This document shows positions 18,669-28,213 of a stretch of 64,000 nucleotides of DNA, in pieces. Within the stretch, counting starts at the first letter, position 1, and the number at the start of each line of letters is the position of its first letter. The notes beneath the pieces were generated by a model. It did not search any database. It was given only the letters and a program-made list of their open reading frames with translations, and was not told the DNA's origin. The stretch is from the NCBI GenBank assembly GCA_965222155.1, contig CBDCTH010000012.1, positions 2,432,001 to 2,496,000 on the forward strand. Reading direction: 5' to 3'. Both the position numbers and the translations under genes were made by a program. The stretch comes from Gammaproteobacteria bacterium. GTDB lineage: Bacteria; Pseudomonadota; Gammaproteobacteria; Eutrophobiales; Eutrophobiaceae.

Positions 18669-21308
18669 TTAGAAGGCGCGGTTGTAGCGCAGCAATAATG
18701 CAAAATCGTGTTGTCCGCGGGTGTGCCCTGCATGGCGGGTGACAAGTGTTGCCAAGTGGGCCTGTCCGCCTTTCCAAGGCCGGCTATAGGCCAGCTCAAG
18801 GTCAAGCTGACGACCGGAGGGTTCCAGGTCGAGAGTGGTTTTTTCGATCCGTGCCTGCCTGTTCCGAGTCCGCCCCGATGCCCAATGGAACCGGGCGTGT
18901 CCCGACTCAACGCGCAGCGGCTGGGACAGTCTGAACGCCAGGCGGTCCTGCGTATAGCCGATGTCTTCGCCGATAATGCCGATAGCAAAAGTGCTGGTCC
19001 ACAGAGCGGAAGGGTCATGCAGCATTCCATGTTTTTGCATCCCGGTCCGGCTGACGCCCGCATGGACGTTGCCAAGGACGGTCCAGTGAGCGCCGAGCCG
19101 ACGATACGCCGAGAACCCCGTAAAGACCGTATCGGCGTTCAGTTCGCCGAATGCGCCGCTTGGTCGACTGCCGGCCAGACGGTTTGGTTCCATCAACCAA
19201 CCTGCCTGAATGGCGACCCCGGACAGCATGCTGTCAGCTAACCGGTATTCAGCCAGTGTGCCGGTAGACTGACTGGAGTCGATATCGCGACGTTCGCCGT
19301 ATTGCGCAGCGCCGTGAAACGCCGCAACACTGAGTGCGCCTTTACCTATTGGCATTGCGATACCCGCGGCCGCGCCGTTGCGGGCGAACGTAAGGAAGGG
19401 ATTGGTAAAGGCTGCATCGTCGGTAAATGTCCCCGGAGTAATCGAGCCGGTGGCATGAAGCCCGAAACGCCAACCAGGATGGCTGCGCAGCCCGAAGAAG
19501 ATTTCGTTGCCTCCGGCATGGCGAGTCAAGGACAATGAAGCGAGTCGGGATTCAATTGTATCGTATCCAGGTCCTCGGAGAGTATAGCTGTGAAGACCGG
19601 TTATTTCAGCGTTAGCTCCTGCTGAAATCCCTGATGGGATTAAGCCGTAATGGCGCCGACCCGACACAGGTTCAAGGCGCACCCGTAGTTCAAGGCCCTG
19701 TGTGTTCCACGCGCCGCCGCGCGGATCATTGCCCAACACCCAGAGGCGTTCTTCGAGGCGTGCGCCGGCGCTCGCGTTCGGTTGGATGTAATCATTGAGC
19801 GGACGGAAGAACGGCGCATCCAGTTCATCGAAGCTCGCTATCTCACTGGAGGCAAGCCCGTGAGAGAGCGCATCGCCGAAGGCTGGGCCAAGAGAGACGG
19901 TGCTGAGACTGCCCGGGGCTGAAGGTCCGGAAAGCGATTGACCGGTCAGCATGCGCGTGTCACCGACCGGCCGGGTGGCGCTGTCAAGGTCAAGAAATCC
20001 TTGACCATAGACGTCTGAGTCTGCATAGATCCCTTCCTTATTGGCGGTTTCCAGCATGCGCCTGACGATCTCATCGTTACCGAGTTGGTCGCGGTAGTAC
20101 TGGGCAAGCAAGGCAACCCCGCCGGTGACGACAGGCGCGGCAAGAGAGGTGCCGGACGCGCTGGCGTAACAGTCTCCGGAACCGGTTGGACAGTAGGTGT
20201 AGGGTAAGGGCCCTGTGAGTTCTACGCCCGGCGCAGCCAGGCAGAATTCCTTGGCAATGCCGCAACGGCTGGAGAAACTCGCAATCTCGCCGTTCTGATC
20301 AGTTGCGACCACGGCAACAGAGTGGCCGCGCAGTTCAGGGATACGGACAGGGAGCCCAGCCACGATCTCGACTGAGGTGGCAGGCTCAATGGCTCCGTCA
20401 AAGTGTACTTCGCCGCGAGCATTGCCTGCCGCCCACACATAGATGGTGCGTTCACTGGCCGGGGTAGCCGCTTGGACAATAGCCTCAAGGGAGCGAGGCA
20501 AAGCGCCGCGGATCTCGGTTTCACTGTAATCCTCGATGTTCCCGAAAAAACCAAAGCTCAGGTTGATGGCTGTGACACTGGGGTTTAACCGGTTGGAAAT
20601 CTCCGCAAACTCCTGGTCTGTTGACGTCAGGGAACCGGGCCGGCTCAGGTCAATGGGATCATAGTAATCGGGGGGCTCGCTGAAGGGGATACCCACCGAG
20701 ATCAGCTTGGCGTCGAATGCAATTCCGTGAACGGCAAATTCACTTCCGGTTCCATTGGTGGTGTCTGTTTGTCGGTTCGCCGCCATGACTCCCCCCACCA
20801 GGGTACCATGGGACGGCGGTCCTCCCTCGAACGAGCAGGAGCCGTCCGGCTCGCGCATAGCGCAAAAGCTGTAGTCCGGGTTGTAACCGGTAATATTGTA
20901 GGATTCGGGAAGCACCTTCCCGTCGAACTTTGTATGGCCGGCGTCAATCCCGCTGTCAATGATGCCTATAGTAACGCCTTCACCTGTTGCGCCGCGGGCA
21001 TAGGCGTAGTGGGCGTTAACCTGTTCCAGCGCGGGCTGGTTGCGAAATTCCGGGTGTGCGGCATATTCCTGCCGCAGTTCACTTTCAGATTCAACAGGAT
21101 CAGTCGTGACCGGCGGCGGTTCGGGAGTGGCTGGTGGAGGTTGGGGTCTGACTCCTCCTCCACCACCTCCGCAACCGGCGATAAGGAACGCTAAACCGAC
21201 GATGGACGCAAGACGCTTCGCTGTGTCTGTAATGAAATTTCTCCGTTTTTTTAGATAGCCGGTGAATGTGTATAGGAGACGGAGCTTCAATAGTAGGAAT
21301 AATATCAA
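18669..21308 (-). CDS. S8 (subtilase) serine peptidase lipoprotein with C-terminal beta-barrel (autotransporter-like)
   Basis: Lipobox LIAGC, catalytic IDSG / HGT / SGTSLAAP, terminal Phe. The true start is uncertain (possibly ATT at 21233). Confidence 0.85.
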   Translation of the reverse strand: MILFLLLKLRLLYTFTGYLKKRRNFITDTAKRLASIVGLAFLIAGCGGGGGGVRPQPPPATPEPPPVTTDPVESESELRQEYAAHPEFRNQPALEQVNAHYAYARGATGEGVTIGIIDSGIDAGHTKFDGKVLPESYNITGYNPDYSFCAMREPDGSCSFEGGPPSHGTLVGGVMAANRQTDTTNGTGSEFAVHGIAFDAKLISVGIPFSEPPDYYDPIDLSRPGSLTSTDQEFAEISNRLNPSVTAINLSFGFFGNIEDYSETEIRGALPRSLEAIVQAATPASERTIYVWAAGNARGEVHFDGAIEPATSVEIVAGLPVRIPELRGHSVAVVATDQNGEIASFSSRCGIAKEFCLAAPGVELTGPLPYTYCPTGSGDCYASASGTSLAAPVVTGGVALLAQYYRDQLGNDEIVRRMLETANKEGIYADSDVYGQGFLDLDSATRPVGDTRMLTGQSLSGPSAPGSLSTVSLGPAFGDALSHGLASSEIASFDELDAPFFRPLNDYIQPNASAGARLEERLWVLGNDPRGGAWNTQGLELRVRLEPVSGRRHYGLIPSGISAGANAEITGLHSYTLRGPGYDTIESRLASLSLTRHAGGNEIFFGLRSHPGWRFGLHATGSITPGTFTDDAAFTNPFLTFARNGAAAGIAMPIGKGALSVAAFHGAAQYGERRDIDSSQSTGTLAEYRLADSMLSGVAIQAGWLMEPNRLAGSRPSGAFGELNADTVFTGFSAYRRLGAHWTVLGNVHAGVSRTGMQKHGMLHDPSALWTSTFAIGIIGEDIGYTQDRLAFRLSQPLRVESGHARFHWASGRTRNRQARIEKTTLDLEPSGRQLDLELAYSRPWKGGQAHLATLVTRHAGHTRGQHDFALLLRYNRAF

Positions 21309-21420
21309 CTTTCCGCAAAATAATCGATCTGTCTGGTGCTGGATGACTAAGGCGATAAGGTGATGGCAAAAGCAATTATAATTTGGCAGTATCTACAATA
21401 AAACTTCGAGGAGGTCTCTT

Positions 21421-22017
21421 ATGGCTATTATCAAACCATTGCAACGCGAGCAAGCGCCGGAACTGGAAGAGCACTTTGCCGTGTGGGATGAGCGCATGGG
21501 TTACCTGCCGAACGCCCTGATGACGATGGCGCGTAAACCAAAAATGGTGCAGGCGCTGGCACAGCTTTCCGAAGTCGTGCATAACGATTGCAGCCTGCCG
21601 ACCGATATTCGCGGGCTGGTGGGGCAGATGGCCAGCAAAGTACACGGTTGCCAGTATTGTCTTGCCCATACGGCAGCCAACTCAGAACGTTACGGCGTTG
21701 CGGATGAAAAGATTGAGCGTTTATGGGAATTTGAAACCAGCGAACTGTTCAGCGCGGCCGAGCGTGCGGCGCTACGTTTCGCCGCCGCCGCTGCCTCGGT
21801 GCCCAATGCCGTCGATGATGACCTCGCTGCTGATCTCAAACGTCATTTCAACGACGCGGAAATAGTCGAAATCATGGGCATCATCGTCTACTACGGCTGG
21901 TGGAACCGCTGGAACTCCTCACTGGCGACAACGCTTGAAGCGCATCCGCGTGAATACGCAGAACAGCATTTTGACGAGACGCAATGGCATATCGGTAAGC
22001 ATTTTCAGCGTGGATAA
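21421..22017 (+). CDS. Carboxymuconolactone decarboxylase/AhpD-like protein
   Basis: GCQYCLAH CxxC motif, SAAERAAL, AEIVEI, strong GGAGG RBS. Confidence 0.85.
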   Translation: MAIIKPLQREQAPELEEHFAVWDERMGYLPNALMTMARKPKMVQALAQLSEVVHNDCSLPTDIRGLVGQMASKVHGCQYCLAHTAANSERYGVADEKIERLWEFETSELFSAAERAALRFAAAAASVPNAVDDDLAADLKRHFNDAEIVEIMGIIVYYGWWNRWNSSLATTLEAHPREYAEQHFDETQWHIGKHFQRG

Positions 22018-23504
22018 AAAGGTGGGATCTTGGCATCGTAGTTGATCCAGACTGCTTTAGCTGAGGTATATTCCTGCAGACATTCGATGCCCATGTCCCT
22101 GCCGTAGCCGGATTCACCAACGCCACCAAAGGGGGAAGCAGGATGGACTCGTTTGTAACAATTCACCCAGACCATGCCGGCATTGATACCATCAGAGAAC
22201 TTATGGGCGCGTTGCAGGTTGTTGGTCCACAGTCCGCTGCCTAAACCATAATCGGTGGCATTCGCCAACTCCAGCGCCTCAGCGTCATCCTTGAAGCGGG
22301 TGACTGTTACAAATGGGCCGAACACCTCCTGCTGAAAAACCGTGTCGCCGGGTTTTGCCTCGACTATTGTCGGTTTCAGGTAGTAACCGTTTTTCAATTC
22401 CTCATGATCAGGCTGCTCGCCGCCGGTCAGTATTTTATTGCCTTCCATTTTACATACGTCGATGTAATTTAGTACCCGGTCCAGGTGCATTTTAGACGTG
22501 AGCGGCCCCATCTCGGTTTCAGTGTCCAGCGGATTTCCTAGTTTGATGGATTCTGCGAGCCCAATAAATTTTTCCAGGAACTCATCGGCAATTGCCTCGT
22601 GTAACAACAAGCGCGAACCGGCAATACAGGCCTGTCCCTGGTTGTGAAAGATGGCAAACGCCGACCCGCCGATGGCAGCGGGAAGCGTTGCGTCTTCAAA
22701 GACTATGTTGGGGCCTTTGCCTCCCATCTCCAACGATACGCGCTTCAGGTTACCCGCGGAGGCTTGAACGATCTTGCGACCGGTCGCCGTGGAACCGGTA
22801 AAGGCAATCTTGTTAACGTCAGTATGTTCGGCAAGGTGCTGGCCGGTGATATGACCGTACCCCGGGACGATATTCACAACTCCCGGCGGGAAACCGACTT
22901 CATTCATGAGGTCAACCAGTCTCAGCGTCGACAGGGGTGTGAGCTCAGACGGTTTCATCACTACGGTATTGCCGGCGGCCAGTGCAGGCCCCAACTTCCA
23001 ACTGCAAAACATGATAGGAAAGTTCCAGGGGACGATCTGTCCTACCACGCCGACCGGTTTGCGCTTGACGATACTCAGGAAACCCGGTTCTACCGGGACT
23101 TCCCGGCCGTCTATCTTATCTGCAATGCCGCCGAAGTAACGCAGGTTGAGCAAAGTCCGCGGCAGGTCCAGACGCCGGGTATCTTTCAGGGGGTGGCCGG
23201 TGTCCAGGCTTTCCAGTTCGGCAAACTCGTCAAAATGCTGCTCCAGTTTATCGGCCAGTTTCATAATAAGCTGTCCGCGTTCTGATGCGAACATATTACT
23301 CCAGTCGTGGAATGCAGCCCGGGCAGCGGCGACCGCCTTATCGACGTCCACCGGTTTTGCCTCAGCGATAGCGGTGATTTTACTGCCGTCATGGGGGTTG
23401 AGGACATCAATCGTGCTGCCGTCCTCGGCATCGACAAACTCACCGTTGATGAACATTTGATTGCGGATGTTTTCAGGTTGTATGGTGCGGACTTTATCAA
23501 GCAT
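22005..23504 (-). CDS. Aldehyde dehydrogenase, 4-hydroxymuconic semialdehyde dehydrogenase (PnpE/HapE)-like
   Basis: PWNFP, FTGST, LEMGGK, AIFHNQGQACIAGSR, EVFGP. The C-terminus WIN.DAKIPPFYPR recalls PnpE/HapE. Confidence 0.85.
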   Translation of the reverse strand: MLDKVRTIQPENIRNQMFINGEFVDAEDGSTIDVLNPHDGSKITAIAEAKPVDVDKAVAAARAAFHDWSNMFASERGQLIMKLADKLEQHFDEFAELESLDTGHPLKDTRRLDLPRTLLNLRYFGGIADKIDGREVPVEPGFLSIVKRKPVGVVGQIVPWNFPIMFCSWKLGPALAAGNTVVMKPSELTPLSTLRLVDLMNEVGFPPGVVNIVPGYGHITGQHLAEHTDVNKIAFTGSTATGRKIVQASAGNLKRVSLEMGGKGPNIVFEDATLPAAIGGSAFAIFHNQGQACIAGSRLLLHEAIADEFLEKFIGLAESIKLGNPLDTETEMGPLTSKMHLDRVLNYIDVCKMEGNKILTGGEQPDHEELKNGYYLKPTIVEAKPGDTVFQQEVFGPFVTVTRFKDDAEALELANATDYGLGSGLWTNNLQRAHKFSDGINAGMVWVNCYKRVHPASPFGGVGESGYGRDMGIECLQEYTSAKAVWINYDAKIPPFYPR

Positions 23505-23550
23505 GGTCGCATTCCTTGTTTTTTGTGCTCATGGATTTTTTATAATACCT

Positions 23551-24883
23551 CACTAGTGTCCGGAATATTAATCGAATAAATTCAATTGGTTAGAGAACGT
23601 GTCATAATTCATGTCAGTCTCATAATCGCTAAGTAGTTGATTTAGGGGCATTCTTTCGAACAGTGTCACACTTAAAATTTGTAGAATTGTGTACAGGCTG
23701 CGCTCGCAGTTCAGACGCTTCTTGATGATCGCAACCAACACGTAGATGGAGACAGCTATCCAGATCTGCGTTTTCACAGCATTCTCTGAGGTGCCGAAGA
23801 ACGTTTTGATGCGCAAGTGTTGTTTGATCCATTTGAAAAACAATTCGACCTGCCACCGGCACCGATATAAGTCGGCGATAGTGGCGGCCGGTAAGGTAAA
23901 GTTGTTGGTGAGAAACACCAGTGTTTTGTGGGTGTTCACATCGTGATACTTGATGCGGCGCAGTGTGTCGGGATAGCGCTGAGCGGAGTGGCGGCCGGTC
24001 AGCACACCGGTTTGGTCGTAACGTAGTCCGGTGGTCTTGTCGACCTGATGGGAGTAGCGGCGGCGAAACTTGAGGTTGGATTTAGCCCGGATAACGAAGA
24101 AGGCCGAGGCCATGGTCAATCCATGCAGTCGCTCGAAGTCGAGGTAGGCGCGGTCCATGATATAGAAGGCGCCGGGCGCCGGCAGCAAGGTATCGAGCAC
24201 CTTGACATCGTGCAGTTTGCCCGGTGAGACATGGATAAACGTGGGAATATTGCCACGCAGGTCCAGTAATGTATGCACTTTTACCGCGGCCTTGGTACGC
24301 CGAAAGTGCGCCCAGGGGAACACGGAGAGACACAGGTCGATGGGGGTAGAATCGAGCGCATAGACCGTGTTGTCGAGTTCGACGCCGAACTGGTCGTTGA
24401 GATACAGGTGTCGTGCGGTGTGTATCAAGGCGTGGGCAAACTCGGCGTAGATGCGCCAGTCGCGTGTCTCGTTGGCGTCGGCCAAGGTGCTGCGGGACAC
24501 TGTGCTGCGCAGGCCCATATGATAGAGTTTGTTGCGCTGGGCGCGCAGGCAGGCTTCGATATCGCGCAGACTTTCGCGATGGGTGAGTTGCGCAAAGGCC
24601 ATACATCGATACTGGTCCTGACAACTGAACCGCTTGACGTGACGATGGCCATGGTAGCGTTGAATACAGCGACGCAAGGTATGGTGTGGCAGGTGTTCGA
24701 GTGTTTGTGCAAAGACCAATTTGCCGTTGTACATGTGCGTGTGCTCCCATCTTGTTACTTGATGGAAGAGCTTGAAACAAACGGGGCAGGCAGTTCAAGT
24801 CGGTGACACCCATAATGAGAGGATTTTATAATGAATGACAGTAAGTTAGCTTTTATCTTCGTCGAATATTCCGGACACTAGTG
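23551..24883 (-). mobile_element. IS4-family insertion sequence (1333 bp)
   Basis: Perfect 19-bp IRs CACTAGTGTCCGGAATATT. 9-bp direct repeat ATAATACCT at 23542-23550 and 24884-24892. Confidence 0.95.
23568..24734 (-). CDS. IS4-family DDE transposase (DUF4372 N-terminus)
   Basis: FAQLT.RESLRDIE, ALDST, MDRAY, Y..RWQVELFFKWIKQ (YREK motif). Confidence 0.95.
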   Translation of the reverse strand: MYNGKLVFAQTLEHLPHHTLRRCIQRYHGHRHVKRFSCQDQYRCMAFAQLTHRESLRDIEACLRAQRNKLYHMGLRSTVSRSTLADANETRDWRIYAEFAHALIHTARHLYLNDQFGVELDNTVYALDSTPIDLCLSVFPWAHFRRTKAAVKVHTLLDLRGNIPTFIHVSPGKLHDVKVLDTLLPAPGAFYIMDRAYLDFERLHGLTMASAFFVIRAKSNLKFRRRYSHQVDKTTGLRYDQTGVLTGRHSAQRYPDTLRRIKYHDVNTHKTLVFLTNNFTLPAATIADLYRCRWQVELFFKWIKQHLRIKTFFGTSENAVKTQIWIAVSIYVLVAIIKKRLNCERSLYTILQILSVTLFERMPLNQLLSDYETDMNYDTFSNQLNLFD

Positions 24884-25029
24884 ATAATACCTATATTATA
24901 TGACAATATTGATCTCTACTCCGCAACAGGAGCGTACAAAAGCGTGAATATTTAGTCAGGATTGGCAGACCTGTTGAATGAAACGTTTAGTTAGGTAACA
25001 AGCATCAGGAGAGAAGCGGTATTTCGAAG

Positions 25030-26709
25030 GTGAACCGATATTCAGTGCTGATAATTGGAGGAGGACCGTGTGGCCTGATGCTGGCCAACGAACTCGGGCG
25101 ACGTGGGATCAGTGCCTTACTCATTGATGAGAAATCTTCCACAGCCTTCAATCCACAGGCCAATGCCACCCAGGCGCGCACCATGGAACACTTCCGGCGG
25201 CACGGTTTTGCCGATGAGGTGCGCGCCCTTGGCCTGCCTGCGGATTATCCGACCGATATTGCTTACTTCACCCGCTTCGCACGCTACGAACTGGCGCGCT
25301 TTTCATTACCTTCGTCCGCTGCTGCCAAGTCGCATATCCAGACCTTGACAGGGTCCTGGAGCGCCGCTGAATTACCCCATCGAGTGTCTCAGAAATGGGT
25401 AGAACAGGTCCTGTACAAGCACGCCATCGCTTGCACGAGCAACACGATTCGCTTCAGCCACCGTCTGCTCAGTTTTGAACAGCAGACTGACGGAGTCAGT
25501 GCATTGATAGAGGATATGGAGAACGGGACGACATTCATGGTACACACCGATTACCTGGTCGGCGCCGATGGCGCGCGCAGCCTGGTACGCCAATCACTCG
25601 GTTACTATTACGCCGGCGAAGGCGGCGCGGTAAGGGAATTTATGGGTGGTCGCATGCATGCCATGTACATCCGTGTACCCGACTTCTATTCCGTGTCGGG
25701 TCATGCGCCCGCCTGGATGAACGTGACTTTCAACCGTGACCGGCGCGCATTTATGGCCGCGGTTGACGGTAAAAGTGAATTTGCATTTCATACGCAACTA
25801 CGGGCGGAGGAAGATGAAACAAGATTGAGCGACGCGGATGCCATTGATATGTTCCAAGCCGCATTGGGTGCGTCGGTCGATGTCGAAGTCCTCTCCCGCG
25901 GCACCTGGCGAGCCGGTTTTACCCTGGTTGTCGAACGCATGCAATGCGGTCGTATATTCCTGGGCGGTGATGCCGCTCACCTGTTCACGCCGACCGGCGG
26001 GCTCGGTTACAATACCGCCATCGAGGACGCGGTAAACCTGGGATGGAAGCTGGCGGCAGTGGTTCGAGGCGTTGCGCCCCGTTCACTTTTGGATAGCTAT
26101 GAACCGGAGCGTCGCCCGGCGGCAGTTCGTAACACGAACTTCGCCCGGCAGCTTGCCGATTCGCTTGGCGCAAACGTCGCTCCAATGGAGTTGGAAGAAG
26201 ACTCTCTCGCAGGCGCTGAAGCTCGCGCTAAGGCAGGAGAGTACTTCAACCGGCATGCGCGCAAGGAATTCAACATTCCCGGTATTACCTTCGGGTACCG
26301 CTATGACGGCTCCCCGATTATCGTTGCCGACGGTGTGCCGCCTCCGGACCAGGCCAACGTTTATATCCCGACCTCCTGTCCCGGTGGCCGCGCGCCGCAT
26401 TTGTGGCTCGGTGAAGACCACTCGCTCTATGATGAGTTCGGTTTCGAATGGACACTCCTGCGTCTCGGACCCAAACCGCCCTCGACCGGGCGGATCAAAG
26501 CGGATTTTGCTGAGGCGGGCCTCGAACTCAAGGTCCTTGATGTGACGAGCGAAATGGCTCGCGATATTTATGAGACTGACCTGGCTTTAATCAGGCCGGA
26601 CCAGGTTGTGGCATTTCGCGGGCAGGATATCAGTGATGCCCGGGCGCTGCTTGCCAAAGTCAGCGGGCATATTCAACGACCAGATGATGCTATGGCTACA
26701 ATTGGCTAG
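25030..26709 (+). CDS. FAD-dependent monooxygenase (PheA/TfdB-like aromatic hydroxylase fold)
   Basis: GGGPCG, LVGADGARS, GDAAH..PTGGLGYNT, PGGRAPH, LIRPDQ. Confidence 0.88.
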   Translation: MNRYSVLIIGGGPCGLMLANELGRRGISALLIDEKSSTAFNPQANATQARTMEHFRRHGFADEVRALGLPADYPTDIAYFTRFARYELARFSLPSSAAAKSHIQTLTGSWSAAELPHRVSQKWVEQVLYKHAIACTSNTIRFSHRLLSFEQQTDGVSALIEDMENGTTFMVHTDYLVGADGARSLVRQSLGYYYAGEGGAVREFMGGRMHAMYIRVPDFYSVSGHAPAWMNVTFNRDRRAFMAAVDGKSEFAFHTQLRAEEDETRLSDADAIDMFQAALGASVDVEVLSRGTWRAGFTLVVERMQCGRIFLGGDAAHLFTPTGGLGYNTAIEDAVNLGWKLAAVVRGVAPRSLLDSYEPERRPAAVRNTNFARQLADSLGANVAPMELEEDSLAGAEARAKAGEYFNRHARKEFNIPGITFGYRYDGSPIIVADGVPPPDQANVYIPTSCPGGRAPHLWLGEDHSLYDEFGFEWTLLRLGPKPPSTGRIKADFAEAGLELKVLDVTSEMARDIYETDLALIRPDQVVAFRGQDISDARALLAKVSGHIQRPDDAMATIG

Positions 26710-26721
26710 TACTCTTTCCAG

Positions 26722-27846
26722 TTAATTTTGACTGGTTAAGCTGTCATAGGCCCGGTGCAGTTTGGTCCGGGCCTTATCGACATCAAACAACCAGTTGATA
26801 CTGGCCCTCTCCTGGTTGCGTCGGGTCTCCCAAGCCGCCAGTTCCGATTCTAACAAGTCCATGCTGTCAATACGACGGTCCAGACATTGCCGGTTCATAT
26901 TACCAATCTCAATCTACACCATATTCAGCCAACTGGCGTGTTTAGGGGTGTAATGAAACGCCAGCTTGCGCAATAACCGCCGCGCCGCCGACGCCGGGAA
27001 TGCCCGGTACAGCGAAGCAGGCTGGTGTGTGTTCAAATTATCCAGCACCACCCGGACGCACTCGGCCTCCGGGTAATGCACGTCCACCAGTTCCCGCATC
27101 AACTCGGCAAAATCAGCCGCTTTCCTGGTGTGCGTCACCTTGGCATGACGCCAGCCACGATGCCGGTCAAAACACACAAAGATAGTCGCCACCCCCTTGC
27201 GCTCGTATTCATAATCCAGCTTACTCACCTGCCCCGGTGTCATCGGCCTGCCCGCCTGCACCTCCCCCACCAATTGCTTGCCCGCCTCATCCACGTTCAC
27301 CAGCGGCCTCTCAGGACAGGACGGCTCAGCATACACATCCAGACTATGCTCCATCTGGGCAATATACGCCGCATCCATCTGCCCCAAACACCACATCTTC
27401 TGCTGCCAGGGCTTGAGCTGATTCGCCTTCAACCGTTGCCGTATGCTCTCCAGGGATACCCCCTCCATATCCGTCAACGCCACCCAGCGCTCCGCCAACA
27501 ACGACAACGTCCAGCGACAATGCCCCGCCGGCGGGGTACTGCACGCAATCGATACCAGTAACGCATCCTCATGCGCCCCCGTCTTGCGCGGCCGACCCGG
27601 ACGAGACCCTTCCGACAACGCCGCGTCCAACCCGTACTCCACAAAATCCCGCTTCACCCGATACACCGTCGAGCTGCTCACCCCCAACGCCTCGACGATC
27701 TCCTCCTCACGCCGCACGCCGCCGTCCGCCAACAACAATATCTGCGCCCGCTTCAACGCCCGTACCCGTTGCCTCCCTTGGGATGTAAATGCCTCCAAAT
27801 AGTCCCGCTCCGCCGCCGTCAACAACACCCGATAGGTGATATGCAT
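26722..27846 (-). pseudogene. IS630 transposase with in-frame TAG (26914-26916) at the catalytic Glu region
   Basis: HTH, VDE, VLDNLNTH, HASWLNMV*IEIG. The frame continues to TAA at 26722. Confidence 0.88.
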
Positions 27847-27859
27847 GACTTAACCCCTC

Positions 27860-28159
27860 GTGATAAAAGGGATAATAGATCATAAAATACACACCATGTC
27901 GATCCCTGACACGAATAAAAATATCCCCGCCTATACCTATCAGCAAGGCCAGTATCTCGCCTTCATCCACTACTACACCAAAGTCAACGGCAGACCGCCC
28001 GCACACGCCGATTTGCAACGTTACTTCCGGGTCTCGCCCCCCTCCGTCCACCGCATGTTGACCCATTTGCAGGATAAAGGACTCATTCACAAACAACCGG
28101 GGACGGCTCGCAGCTTGGCACTGGCTATACCCGTTGAACAACTGCCAGCGCTTGACTAA
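27860..28159 (+). CDS. Small LexA-DNA-binding-domain/MarR-like winged-HTH protein carried inside the IS630
   Basis: T.QQGQYLAFI..Y....GRPP...DL...F.VSPPSVH.ML..L..KGLI...PG.ARS. It lies between the IRs; the start may be ATG 27896. Confidence 0.75.
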   Translation: MIKGIIDHKIHTMSIPDTNKNIPAYTYQQGQYLAFIHYYTKVNGRPPAHADLQRYFRVSPPSVHRMLTHLQDKGLIHKQPGTARSLALAIPVEQLPALD

Positions 28160-28213
28160 TGTTGAACCGTCAACTGATCAAAATTAACTGGAAACGGTAC
28201 TAGTCTGGCCCGG

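Larger units (their letters stand above)
26709..28200 (-). mobile_element. IS630-family element (1492 bp) with passenger gene
   Basis: IRs GTACTCTTTCCAGTTAATTTTGA / TCAAAATTAACTGGAAACGGTAC. TA duplication (26707-26708, 28201-28202) in a CTAG site. Confidence 0.9.

Noticed and set aside
7708-26916. TAG reassignment or amber read-through explaining the in-frame stops
   Set aside because: The TAGs replace different expected residues (W, Q, E), TAA stops also occur, and intact genes (nodJ, monooxygenase, GS-like) end in TAG.
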